Shown here: in pieces, positions 42,515 through 51,276 of the stretch | Numbering within the stretch: position 1 is the first letter of the stretch | How the letters are laid out: each line of letters opens with the position of its first letter | Source: an uncultured Candidatus Saccharibacteria bacterium | GTDB taxonomy: Bacteria > Patescibacteriota > Minisyncoccia > Phycocordibacterales > UBA9973 | Assembly: GCA_964618925.1 (NCBI GenBank) | Contig: CAZUCZ010000001.1 | Coordinates: 1,464-53,817 of the forward strand | DNA: 52,354 nt | Direction: 5' to 3' | Made by a program: the position numbers and the translations under genes | Notes under the pieces: generated by a model | Told to the model about the DNA's origin: nothing | Database searches by the model: none | Seen by the model: only the letters and a program-made list of their open reading frames with translations

Positions 42515-43117
42515 TTATGATACTTTAGTAAATAATTTTTTAATAGAAAGCTGCACTACGACTATTATAATAATTATTAATAAAATAAAACCCACTGCAA
42601 TATATAAATTATTAAATAAAAGTGCTACATAAGTAAACCCAAGCCCAGAAAGAAAACCTATGGGGAAAATAACAAGCATTGATAAAAATATAGCACCAGA
42701 TTCATAGAGGATGAATTTTTTGAAACGTATATTCGTTTTGCTGACATACATCATCAACAAAAACGATGTACCGATGAGAAATTTTATAAGGGTGAGTGCG
42801 ATGAAGTGATTGTTGCGGCTAATTTTTCTCACCGCATCTGTGATGACCGAAGTTGTCGTATCAGCATATCGATGTAATACCACACGACTCGCTGTACTTG
42901 TGCTACCGATAATAAACCAGAGGATATTCGGTGCAAGTGCACCAAGAAAACTAAATATAATAACCGGCACCGTTGAGACAATCTTCTGCGCAGTCAAAAA
43001 ACCAAGAGTAAACAAACCCACTTCTCCTCCAAATACCGCCCCAAAAAACACTATGATGTATTCGAGCGATCTATGTTCTATGATAAGTGTACGCAGCCAT
43101 ACCGCGGGTTCTAGCAT
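42515..43117 (-). CDS. DedA/VTT-like membrane protein
   Basis: 200 aa, 4-5 TM helices. YIIVFFGAVFGGEVGLFTLGFL loosely resembles the DedA N-terminal re-entrant region. AT-rich. Confidence 0.4.
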   Translation of the reverse strand: MLEPAVWLRTLIIEHRSLEYIIVFFGAVFGGEVGLFTLGFLTAQKIVSTVPVIIFSFLGALAPNILWFIIGSTSTASRVVLHRYADTTTSVITDAVRKISRNNHFIALTLIKFLIGTSFLLMMYVSKTNIRFKKFILYESGAIFLSMLVIFPIGFLSGLGFTYVALLFNNLYIAVGFILLIIIIIVVVQLSIKKLFTKVS

Positions 43118-43154
43118 ATATACATTTTACCACGAAACCAGGCTTTTGTAGAAA

Positions 43155-43835
43155 TTATTTTAAGAGAAATCTGAGGCTTGAAACTACGCGGATTTTCTTG
43201 AATTCAGGAGATCCTGGGTCCTTGTCGGTAATATCGAATACTCCTTGATTACCTCGTGAGACAGACCCGAGCTTAGAACCTGACTCAGATGCAAATTGCT
43301 GTGCAGAATCTTTCGCATTTTTGATCGCTTCAGCAAGCATTTCTGGTTTTACACTATTGATATCAGAAAATTGAAATTCAATAGAATTTTGATTTAAAGT
43401 AACACCTTGTTTGACGAGTGCGAGGGTATCACTGGATGCAGATTTTACGAGATCAACCTTTTTAGTATATACAGAAAGTTGAGTTGATGAATTATATCTA
43501 AATAGTGATCCTGAGTATGTATCTTGGTAGATGTTAACTGGTGCAACATTTATTTCAGACTCTTCGAAGCCTTTGGTGATGAGAAATGCTTTTACTGCTT
43601 TGGTGTTTTTATCTATTTGGGCATAGAGAGAATCGATGTCATTAGACTTCACCTCAAAGCTCATAGACCAAATAGCCACATCAGCTTTGACGATCTTTTC
43701 TGAAAGACCCTTTACCTCTACATATGCACCTTGGCTAGAAAAGCTCTTAGCGGCGACAAAGAAAGCAATAGAAAATATAAGTATTCCTACTGCAATGCTG
43801 ACCTTTCCATAATATTTTAAATCTTCTTTTTGCAT
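43155..43835 (-). CDS. SIMPL/DUF541-domain protein
   Basis: N-terminal TM helix, then VEVKGLSEKIVKADVAIWSMSFEV... and a C-terminal ...RVVSSLRFLL pattern, typical of DUF541 (26-kDa periplasmic immunogenic protein family). Confidence 0.65.
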   Translation of the reverse strand: MQKEDLKYYGKVSIAVGILIFSIAFFVAAKSFSSQGAYVEVKGLSEKIVKADVAIWSMSFEVKSNDIDSLYAQIDKNTKAVKAFLITKGFEESEINVAPVNIYQDTYSGSLFRYNSSTQLSVYTKKVDLVKSASSDTLALVKQGVTLNQNSIEFQFSDINSVKPEMLAEAIKNAKDSAQQFASESGSKLGSVSRGNQGVFDITDKDPGSPEFKKIRVVSSLRFLLK

Positions 43836-43843
43836 AATAGTGT

Positions 43844-43972
43844 TTAAGCTCTTCGCTTTTTATTTTTAGACTTACTTGCAAGCATGGTTTTCTTTACTTC
43901 GAGTCTTTTTTTAGTTTTGTGACTTCTGCGTGATTTATTCTTAGGACTAAGTGTGGTACTTCTTTTTGCCAT
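43844..43972 (-). CDS. Small, highly basic 42-aa ORF, ribosomal-protein-like (bL32-like RRSH motif); not in the ORF track
   Basis: Hand translation gives MAKRSTTLSPKNKSRRSHKTKKRLEVKKTMLASKSKNKKRRA. LSPKNKSRRSH resembles the bL32 N-terminal TSK..KR..RRSH motif. There is no zinc ribbon. It ends 9 nt before the SIMPL gene start. Confidence 0.4.
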   Translation of the reverse strand: MAKRSTTLSPKNKSRRSHKTKKRLEVKKTMLASKSKNKKRRA

Positions 43973-44082
43973 ATATTTGTGCGTCTAGTGACGATAAATT
44001 TATTATTAATATATGTATAGTATACCCTAAAAAACTGGTTACTTCAACCTCAAAATACGGAAGGTGTTTCTCTTGCATATTC

Positions 44083-44529
44083 TTACATATGATGAGCAAG
44101 GGTGTCTTTTTCTTCTTCAGAGTGTATTGCAAGCAGTACAAGTACTAAGATATAAACAATATGTTCATCGATAATAGGGTTGTTGGCAGGAAGCATAAGA
44201 GATACATACATGAGGAAAAGCATTACCCCACCGGCGAGACAGCCCCATTTTACATACTTATTCAGTGCCAAGGTAAGCCCGATAAACAATAATCCGATCA
44301 TGAAAATCCAGTCTATGGCTGCAATACCAGCGAGGCTATGGAACAAAGAAACAAAGGGACCTTTCACTCCAAAAGACAAGAACCCTGCCGTTGGTGAACC
44401 ACCATGTATCCATGCCTTATCAGGGGTAGTAGCAAAACCAAAACCAAAAACTTTATCCACAAATGCCCAGAGGAAAATAAAACTCATCACATAACGTAAA
44501 ATACGATACACTGTTTTTTCTAATTTCAT
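44083..44529 (-). CDS. DoxX-family membrane protein
   Basis: 148 aa with four TM helices. ILRYVMSFIFLWAFVDKVFGFGF... resembles DoxX/TQO small-subunit proteins. Confidence 0.55.
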   Translation of the reverse strand: MKLEKTVYRILRYVMSFIFLWAFVDKVFGFGFATTPDKAWIHGGSPTAGFLSFGVKGPFVSLFHSLAGIAAIDWIFMIGLLFIGLTLALNKYVKWGCLAGGVMLFLMYVSLMLPANNPIIDEHIVYILVLVLLAIHSEEEKDTLAHHM

Positions 44530-44616
44530 ATAGTTATTTTATTAAAGAGGTTAATAATACTAACTTACTGTGTATACCAATCCTCTGCTACGACCTTTAT
44601 CTGAGGATTTTGGTTA

Positions 44617-44889
44617 TTAGGTTAATTTCAATATTGCACGAAGTTCACTCAGATTATCTGCCGTCAGGAATCGTAATAATCTTTGGACATTTGTAATATC
44701 AAGAAATAATTCTGGTTTTTCTTTCATTGTTTGTTCTATTGACTTAGCACTTGCAGCAAATTCAGGATTAGTTTTATATAAGTCTCTTAAATTCTCTAAA
44801 AGTTTTTTCTTTTGATCTTCACTAGCCTCTTGGTGTCTGCGTAGCATACTTGGATCACTACTGTTCGCAAAATTAAAAGTTTCACCCAT
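44617..44889 (-). CDS. Hypothetical protein
   Basis: 90-aa hydrophilic ORF with no motif recognised. Confidence 0.35.
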   Translation of the reverse strand: MGETFNFANSSDPSMLRRHQEASEDQKKKLLENLRDLYKTNPEFAASAKSIEQTMKEKPELFLDITNVQRLLRFLTADNLSELRAILKLT

Positions 44890-44912
44890 AATTCTCTATT
44901 AGATTAAAAATC

Positions 44913-45485
44913 TTATCCTTGCTTTTTGAGCCATGCCACCATCTTAGTAAATGTCGCCTTGCCGGCTTCCCCGCTAGCAGTGAGACCTTGCGCTTTTTGG
45001 AAAGCTGCCACAGCTGTCTTTGTCGATGCGCCATAATCATTATCAACCTTATTTGAAGTTTTGTTATATAAATTCAAGAACTTTTGTACACTGCCAACAG
45101 CAGGACCCACAGATTTTAATTTCAACACTACCCCCGCATTTGCGAGCTTTTGAATGTCATTGATGAGTGTTTGATTTTTATATGTTGTAGTAGTTGGCTT
45201 TGTGGTTGTTGGAGTTTTGACTGGGGTTGTTGGTTTTTCTGGAGCTGGAGTAACCACAGGTGTTTCCGGGCTTTGTGTAGGTGTAGTGGTTTGTGTACTT
45301 GCAAGCTGTGCATTTAATCTTTCTATCTCGAGTTTGAGACTTTGATTTTCATCTTCAAGTGTTCTGATTTTTTGGGTGTTCACGTGTTCAGTGCCGGTCT
45401 GCATAGTAGTCACCGCCCAATACCCCACAGCGCCAACGAGTACCAAAACAATGATTGATGTAAAAATAAATTTTAACGTATCCAT
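44913..45485 (-). CDS. Membrane-anchored peptidoglycan-binding (PG_binding_1) protein
   Basis: N-terminal TM helix, a coiled coil, a Thr/Pro-rich linker, then VGSVQKFLNLY...DNDYGASTKTAVAAFQKAQGLTASGEAGKATFTKM (PG-binding repeat). Confidence 0.7.
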   Translation of the reverse strand: MDTLKFIFTSIIVLVLVGAVGYWAVTTMQTGTEHVNTQKIRTLEDENQSLKLEIERLNAQLASTQTTTPTQSPETPVVTPAPEKPTTPVKTPTTTKPTTTTYKNQTLINDIQKLANAGVVLKLKSVGPAVGSVQKFLNLYNKTSNKVDNDYGASTKTAVAAFQKAQGLTASGEAGKATFTKMVAWLKKQG

Positions 45486-45502
45486 ATATATATTTTACCC
45501 TG

Positions 45503-46084
45503 TTATACTTTTTCTTTCAAGGTTTTTCTTTCTCTGAAGGAAATAAAGGAGACCATCAGTGAATTCGTAATGATCATGGCAATAGAATGCAGCATCGTTG
45601 CAATGTTATACGCCTGAAGTGAAAACAGCGTTAATATATGACGTACTACATTTGCTCCATACAATACCGGTCCTTCTGTCTCAGGATAACGCCAGGTTTT
45701 GAGCAATGTCGGCACAAATGCAATAAGGTCGATACTCACCACAATGACCACAGAAATAGTGGGGTCTTTTGTTAAAATCCAAGGGATAATACCGAGCAGT
45801 GCTGCGACAAGAAAATAGGTGTCTACTTTTTTTATGTTTTTAAAACCGTACTGGAGAGAAAAAAGAAAAATGATCAAAGTAAAAAACTCAGCGACAGCGG
45901 TAGGTAGCACCCCAATCCCCGCTCCTTTTACCAATTGCCCAAAGAATGTCACAGCAGAAACAATAGTCCACACGAGCCATGTATAGGGGTGTGGTTGCAC
46001 TTTCTTTTTTAACACATCAGAGAGATATGGCACATTTCCGAAAATTGCAACGCATGCAGCTATCACTGCTATGATTTCTTTCAT
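45503..46084 (-). CDS. Hypothetical polytopic membrane protein
   Basis: 193 aa with about 6 TM helices. No family recognised. Confidence 0.4.
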   Translation of the reverse strand: MKEIIAVIAACVAIFGNVPYLSDVLKKKVQPHPYTWLVWTIVSAVTFFGQLVKGAGIGVLPTAVAEFFTLIIFLFSLQYGFKNIKKVDTYFLVAALLGIIPWILTKDPTISVVIVVSIDLIAFVPTLLKTWRYPETEGPVLYGANVVRHILTLFSLQAYNIATMLHSIAMIITNSLMVSFISFRERKTLKEKV

Positions 46085-46141
46085 GTACTCAGTATACCAC
46101 TAATCAGTAGAGTGTGTGCGAGAAAGGCGACCAAATTCGTA

Positions 46142-46606
46142 TTATAGATGTATGTTAAGTAAGTTTAAGAGTAACGGTGCAAGCGGGTCAGACGACAGTC
46201 CATACACCATAATACCGCCGAGCATCCCTGTAATTGAAATAGCGAGCAAGCCACACAATGCAAGGATCTTGGAAAGAACCCCATTAGAGATAGTGAGGAA
46301 TTTGGTTTTAAATATACCAATGATCTCAACAAGAAGTAACACTCCATACAGAACAATAGAAATAAAAGCAAACATGCCATGCATTTCTACAAGTTCTTTA
46401 TTTGGCTGGACGAGCTCTTCAGCGATCCCACCCGTAAACATCGCGGCAAAGGCACCAACAATACCAAGAACCAACAATATCCGCTCGATATCCTTCCAAG
46501 CCACACGAGGGATCAATTTTGAAAGTGGTAATATTTTTATAATTGAATACAACACAAGCAATGCGATAGGAAAATGCACAATAATCGGGTGTATATTATA
46601 TGTCAT
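46142..46606 (-). CDS. DUF2231-like membrane protein
   Basis: IHPIIVHFPIALLVL at the N-terminus is the DUF2231 hallmark. Four TM helices. Confidence 0.6.
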   Translation of the reverse strand: MTYNIHPIIVHFPIALLVLYSIIKILPLSKLIPRVAWKDIERILLVLGIVGAFAAMFTGGIAEELVQPNKELVEMHGMFAFISIVLYGVLLLVEIIGIFKTKFLTISNGVLSKILALCGLLAISITGMLGGIMVYGLSSDPLAPLLLNLLNIHL

Positions 46607-46688
46607 AGTATCTATAGTATACGTAATGATGGTATACTTGTCTACAAAAGAGTATAGTATATATGACTATTATATTACTGTCCTCAAT

Positions 46689-46714
46689 GTAACAAAGATA
46701 ACAGGATATACGTC
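46689..46714 (+). promoter_or_regulatory. Candidate ECF-type promoter (GTAAC-N17-CGTC) directly upstream of the sigma gene
   Basis: GTAAC (46689-46693) and CGTC (46711-46714) are separated by 17 nt. The ATG at 46723 is only about 9 nt downstream, implying a leaderless or near-leaderless mRNA. Pattern match only. Confidence 0.25.
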
Positions 46715-46722
46715 AATAACCA

Positions 46723-47241
46723 ATGAGTACCGATACAAACAAGGAAAAAGACATATTTATGGAGCTTTATGACACCCATGCAGATGCTATTTTTCGATTC
46801 TGTTATTTTAAAACAGGTAATAGAGAGGTGGCTAAAGACTTAACCCAAGATGTGTTCATCAAGGTCTTTAACCATATGGAAAAAGGGACTGCCGAAGAAT
46901 TACGAAGTCCTAAAAGCTTTGTCTATGCTATCGCTAAAAACACGGTTATAGATTATTGGAGGAAAAGTAAAAGCCTCACAGAAGACAGTCTTCCAGAAGG
47001 GTTCTTTGAGTCGATACCTGATACGCACACCATAGAAAGCACTGTGGACTACTCGATCATACTATCAGTACTCGATAAATTACCCCCCTCTGATCGCGAA
47101 GTCATATTGCTTAGATATATCGAGGATTTGAGCTCAAAAGAAATGGCACAGGTATTAGGAGAACGAGAAAATACAATTTTAGTAAGAATTAGTCGTGCAA
47201 AAGAAAAATTAAGAATTTTATTAAAAGATATAAAAAATTAA
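46723..47241 (+). CDS. ECF-type RNA polymerase sigma factor (sigma-70 family, group 4)
   Basis: Region 2 (DAIFRFCYFKTGNREVAKDLTQDVFIKV) and region 4 (REVILLRYIEDLSSKEMAQVLGERENTILVRISRAKEKL). Confidence 0.85.
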   Translation: MSTDTNKEKDIFMELYDTHADAIFRFCYFKTGNREVAKDLTQDVFIKVFNHMEKGTAEELRSPKSFVYAIAKNTVIDYWRKSKSLTEDSLPEGFFESIPDTHTIESTVDYSIILSVLDKLPPSDREVILLRYIEDLSSKEMAQVLGERENTILVRISRAKEKLRILLKDIKN

Positions 47242-47242
47242 A

Positions 47243-48430
47243 ATGGATAACGAATTAAAAGATATAATTAAAGCAGTTCAGAGTATTAAACTCACTGATG
47301 AGGAGAAGTTACATATGCGCAATGCCCTACTCGAACACAAAAAATCTTTTACGTCGTCCCCCGTACACACGAGAAGTCCTTATTTTTCTTTTGACTATAT
47401 CAGGCATCACTATCTCATCACTCATAAAGAAAAAATGCTCAGTGCTTTTATTATCATACTGCTTATTGGTATCACCGGTGGGACTTCTGCTTTCGCTGAA
47501 CATGCCGTTCCTGGAGACCTGCTTTATAAAGTAAAAGTCTCTGTCAATGAACCGGTAGCAGGTGTCTTTGCGTTCACCCAAGAAGAGAAAACAGAATGGA
47601 AAGAAAGATTAGTCGAACGTAGATTGCGCGAAGTACATCTCCTTGCGATGAGAAACAGTCTCGATGAAACAAAACGAATCGCCCTCGAAAATACGATCAA
47701 AGCTCAGGTAGATGATTTTAATACAAGTGTAAATACTCTCGCTCGTGAACAAGACCATGCGGAAGATTCCTCCGATTTAAATATCAGACTACAAGCATCA
47801 CTCAGAGCATATCAAAATGTCCTTGGAGATATCATCGATGATGACACTACCACTCAAAATACCAAAATTGAAACTGGGAAAATCTTACTCGCCCTCAAAG
47901 ACTCCAAAAACCGCACCAAAGAAGATAATAAAAATATTGAATTAGCTTTAGGAGAAAATGAACACCCAGCCAACATAAAAGCAAGCAAACTAGCACCAAA
48001 CCCAGACAAAAAACAAGCAGCTACCCTCGCCCTATTACACAACACCAAGTTAATCTATCAAAAAGAAAAAATACACCTCTCTCTCAATATTCAAACTCAG
48101 ATCGACACCAAGTTTAAAAATGCCGAAGGATTACTACAAGAAGGTCAAAACCTCGCTAATGAAAATAAAGGTGAAGAGGCAAAAGCAAAATTCACAGAAG
48201 CGATACGTGTACTAAACTCTATCAAACTGCTCACACTGTCAAACATCATAAAAATCGACCTTGAAGATGATGACCACATGGACATGGAACACGAAGATGT
48301 TGAAGAAGAAGACACGGATGAGACCACCCCACACGCCGAGGACTCTACCCCAAAAGAACAGTCTGACCCTCTCATTGTACCTAAGATAGATCTGCATATA
48401 GATTCAGATCTATTGAAGATTAATATCTAA
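47243..48430 (+). CDS. Putative anti-sigma factor / DUF5667-like membrane protein
   Basis: Starts 1 nt after the sigma stop. One TM helix (AFIIILLIGITGGTSAF), followed by PGDLLYKVK and a long helical, then acidic, ectodomain. Confidence 0.5.
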   Translation: MDNELKDIIKAVQSIKLTDEEKLHMRNALLEHKKSFTSSPVHTRSPYFSFDYIRHHYLITHKEKMLSAFIIILLIGITGGTSAFAEHAVPGDLLYKVKVSVNEPVAGVFAFTQEEKTEWKERLVERRLREVHLLAMRNSLDETKRIALENTIKAQVDDFNTSVNTLAREQDHAEDSSDLNIRLQASLRAYQNVLGDIIDDDTTTQNTKIETGKILLALKDSKNRTKEDNKNIELALGENEHPANIKASKLAPNPDKKQAATLALLHNTKLIYQKEKIHLSLNIQTQIDTKFKNAEGLLQEGQNLANENKGEEAKAKFTEAIRVLNSIKLLTLSNIIKIDLEDDDHMDMEHEDVEEEDTDETTPHAEDSTPKEQSDPLIVPKIDLHIDSDLLKINI

Positions 48431-48479
48431 GTTGGTTTCATCTAAATTTCATTTATGAAATATATAGTATAATGACAAT

Positions 48480-48971
48480 ATGAAAAAAGTTGTCTTGTCA
48501 TTATTTTTAATAGTTAGTTTTACTGCATATACGCTCTACACCCGGATCATTGGTACAGACGTTCCTTTGACGTTAACACCTGAAACAAACAAACCAGTCA
48601 CACCGTTGGTATTACCCACATACACTCCAAAAACACCAACCCCGACAGGAGTAGCCTCCAGTCCGACACCCTCTCAAAATACAGGAAAATATAAAAACGG
48701 TACATACACAGGACCAAGTATCGACGCATACTATGGCAATGTCCAAGTAAAAGTGGTCATAACCGGGGGCAAGATCACTGATGTGCAATTTTTAGATCAT
48801 CCACAGAGCAGACAAACATCTATCCGGATTAACGAACGTGCGATACCATACCTTATCAGTGAAGCAATTAGTGCTCAGAGTGCAGACGTAAATGCAGTTT
48901 CTGGAGCATCCTTTACGAGCGCCGCCTATAAGGAATCGTTATCAAGTGCACTTAATGAAGCAACAATCTAA
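48480..48971 (+). CDS. Secreted/anchored FMN-binding-domain protein (RnfG/NqrC-like) with a flavinylation motif
   Basis: Signal/anchor helix, a Pro/Thr linker, an FMN_bind-like core and DVNAVSGASFTS (SGAS at 48900-48911), matching the [S/T]GA[S/T] ApbE target motif. Confidence 0.75.
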   Translation: MKKVVLSLFLIVSFTAYTLYTRIIGTDVPLTLTPETNKPVTPLVLPTYTPKTPTPTGVASSPTPSQNTGKYKNGTYTGPSIDAYYGNVQVKVVITGGKITDVQFLDHPQSRQTSIRINERAIPYLISEAISAQSADVNAVSGASFTSAAYKESLSSALNEATI

Positions 48972-48972
48972 T

Positions 48973-49731
48973 ATGAAACGAGTAGAAATGATCATGGGCA
49001 CACCAATAATAATTGAGATCAAAGACGAAGAAGCTCGTCTTGAAGTATTTGAACAAGTTTTTGATTATTTTAGATATGTAGATGAGACATTTAGCACGTA
49101 TAAAGATGAGAGTGAGATCATGCATCTCAATAATAAAAAAATAAAACCAGGAGCTATGAGCCCTGACATGCGTGATGTATTTTCCATTGCAGAAGAAACA
49201 AAAAGAATCACACATGGGTATTTTGATATTGTTACTCCATCTGGTATGTATGATCCTTCGGGTGTGGTAAAGGGCTGGTCTATCTTACATGCAAGTAAGA
49301 TTATCAAAAATCATGGTATCCAGAATTTTTATGTAGAAGCAGGTGGCGACATACAGACAAGTGGCACAAATGAACAAAATGAACCATGGTGTATTGGTAT
49401 ACAAAATCCTTTTAATAAAAAGAGAGAAATAGTAAAGAAGGTATATATACAAGACAAAGGCATCGCCACATCAGGCAACTACGTACGAGGCGCGCATATT
49501 TACAATCCAAAAGACACCACAGATCCTCTTGATGAAATCGTGAGTACCACTGTCATCGGACCGGACATACTCGAAGCTGACAGATACGCCACCGCAGCCT
49601 TTGCGATGGGTAGAAATGGTATCTATTTTATCGAAAACTTGGATGGTTTTGAAGGATATGCAATCGACAAAAACGGCATCGCCACGATGACAACTAACTT
49701 TATGAAATATACCGATAAAACACATGCTTAA
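48973..49731 (+). CDS. apbE: FAD:protein FMN transferase (ApbE family)
   Basis: MKRVEMIMGTPIIIEI..., DPSGVVKGWS, YVEAGGDI and ATSGNY are ApbE landmarks. Start chosen at the ATG 2 nt after the upstream stop. Confidence 0.8.
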   Translation: MKRVEMIMGTPIIIEIKDEEARLEVFEQVFDYFRYVDETFSTYKDESEIMHLNNKKIKPGAMSPDMRDVFSIAEETKRITHGYFDIVTPSGMYDPSGVVKGWSILHASKIIKNHGIQNFYVEAGGDIQTSGTNEQNEPWCIGIQNPFNKKREIVKKVYIQDKGIATSGNYVRGAHIYNPKDTTDPLDEIVSTTVIGPDILEADRYATAAFAMGRNGIYFIENLDGFEGYAIDKNGIATMTTNFMKYTDKTHA

Positions 49732-51271
49732 TGTCGTAGATACAATTTTAAATCGCATCACTATGTACCGTGTCGTGTTATACGTCCTTATTTTCTTTTT
49801 TTTAGGAGCCCTCGCATTATCGTTCTTTAAATTTTTACCCTATACACCAATCGATCTCATCATATCCCTTTTAGTAATCCTTGTCGTCTCATACCTGACC
49901 AATATTCTCTTCTCATACGGATATGACGCGCCGACAAATGTAGAATCCATCTATATCACGGCACTCATTTTATTCTTTATCATTACTCCGATCCAGGGTG
50001 GTGTATATTCCCAGTTTCTACCTCTTGCCATCTGGGCATCGATCTGGGCCATGGCTTCGAAATACATCTTTGCAATTGGTCGCAAACACATCTTTAACCC
50101 CGCAGCTATTGCAGTCGTATTGCTTGCACTGACGATACACCAATCAGCAAGTTGGTGGATAGGCACTCCTGTGATGTTGCCCTTTGTGCTCATTGGAGGA
50201 TTCTTGATCGTAAAAAAAATACTACGCTTAGATATGGTGCTCAGTTTTGGGCTTTCAGCAATCTTGGCTATTGTCATCTTAGAGATAGTAAAAGGTTCAG
50301 ACGTAACACAGATATATAACACAGTGCTACTCACACTCAAAAACTCAGCGTTCTTCTTCTTTGCATTTGTGATGCTTACTGAGCCACTCACCGCCCCCAC
50401 CACGAGATGGTCCAGAATCATATTCGGCATCATCGTAGGGGTGCTCTCCGCACCCGCACTTCACATCGGCTCATTCTACTCTACCCCCGAGCTTGCACTT
50501 GTGATTGGAAACGTTTTTGCGTACATCGTGAGCCCAAAGGAAAAATTACTTCTCAGATTAAAGAAACGAGTGTCGATAGGCACTGACACGTTTGATTTTA
50601 TTTTTGATAGAGATCCAAGTTTTCATTTCAAGCCAGGACAATACATGGAGTGGACACTCGCTCATCGTAGCCCAGACACACGTGGAAATAGACGTTATTT
50701 TACACTCGCTTCATCCCCTACTGAAAACGAAATACACCTGGGTGTGAAATTTTACCCCAAAGAGAATAAGATAAGTAGTTTCAAAAATAGACTGCTCGCA
50801 CTACCTATAGGTGGAGAAATCTTAGCATCACAAACCTCCGGCGACTTTGTATTACCAAAAAACGAAACTCAAGGTCTTGTATTTATCGCGGGTGGTATCG
50901 GTATCACACCATTTAGAAGTATGATCAAATACCTCACAGATACAAAACAAAAACGAGACGTCACCTTGCTATATTCAAACAAAAAAGTCTCAGACATATC
51001 CTACAAAGAAGTTTTTGACGAAGCGGCACGAGTACTCGGCATTAAGACAATATATGCAATTACTGACAAAGGCGAAGAGATAGCTCCAGGCTCGATGTAT
51101 GGTGGTTTTATTGATGCACACATGATAGAACAAACAATACCTGATTACAAAAATAAATTGTTTTATATCTCAGGGCCACACGGCATGGTGAGTGTATTTG
51201 AAACTACTCTCAAATCTATGGGCATACCACGTAAAAATATTAAGATAGATTTCTTCCCTGGTTTCGCCTAG
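49724..51271 (+). CDS. RnfD/NqrB-like membrane domain fused to an FNR-type FAD/NAD(P)H-binding reductase
   Basis: The N-terminal half has GRKHIFNPAAIAVVLL and AFVMLTEPLTAPTTRWSRIIFG (compare RnfD ...FNPA... and ...TDPVT.STT..GR.IFG). The C-terminal half has RRYFTLASSP (RxYS/T FAD motif) and GGIGITPFRSM (NAD(P)H motif). Confidence 0.75.
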   Translation: MLNVVDTILNRITMYRVVLYVLIFFFLGALALSFFKFLPYTPIDLIISLLVILVVSYLTNILFSYGYDAPTNVESIYITALILFFIITPIQGGVYSQFLPLAIWASIWAMASKYIFAIGRKHIFNPAAIAVVLLALTIHQSASWWIGTPVMLPFVLIGGFLIVKKILRLDMVLSFGLSAILAIVILEIVKGSDVTQIYNTVLLTLKNSAFFFFAFVMLTEPLTAPTTRWSRIIFGIIVGVLSAPALHIGSFYSTPELALVIGNVFAYIVSPKEKLLLRLKKRVSIGTDTFDFIFDRDPSFHFKPGQYMEWTLAHRSPDTRGNRRYFTLASSPTENEIHLGVKFYPKENKISSFKNRLLALPIGGEILASQTSGDFVLPKNETQGLVFIAGGIGITPFRSMIKYLTDTKQKRDVTLLYSNKKVSDISYKEVFDEAARVLGIKTIYAITDKGEEIAPGSMYGGFIDAHMIEQTIPDYKNKLFYISGPHGMVSVFETTLKSMGIPRKNIKIDFFPGFA

Positions 51272-51276
51272 AAAGA

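Noticed and set aside
44579-44609. An AATCCTC ... GAGGATT hairpin downstream of the 44617-44889 ORF, considered as a terminator.
   Set aside because: On the relevant (minus) strand it is not followed by a T-tract. The loop is 17 nt and the stem only 7 bp. Support is insufficient.
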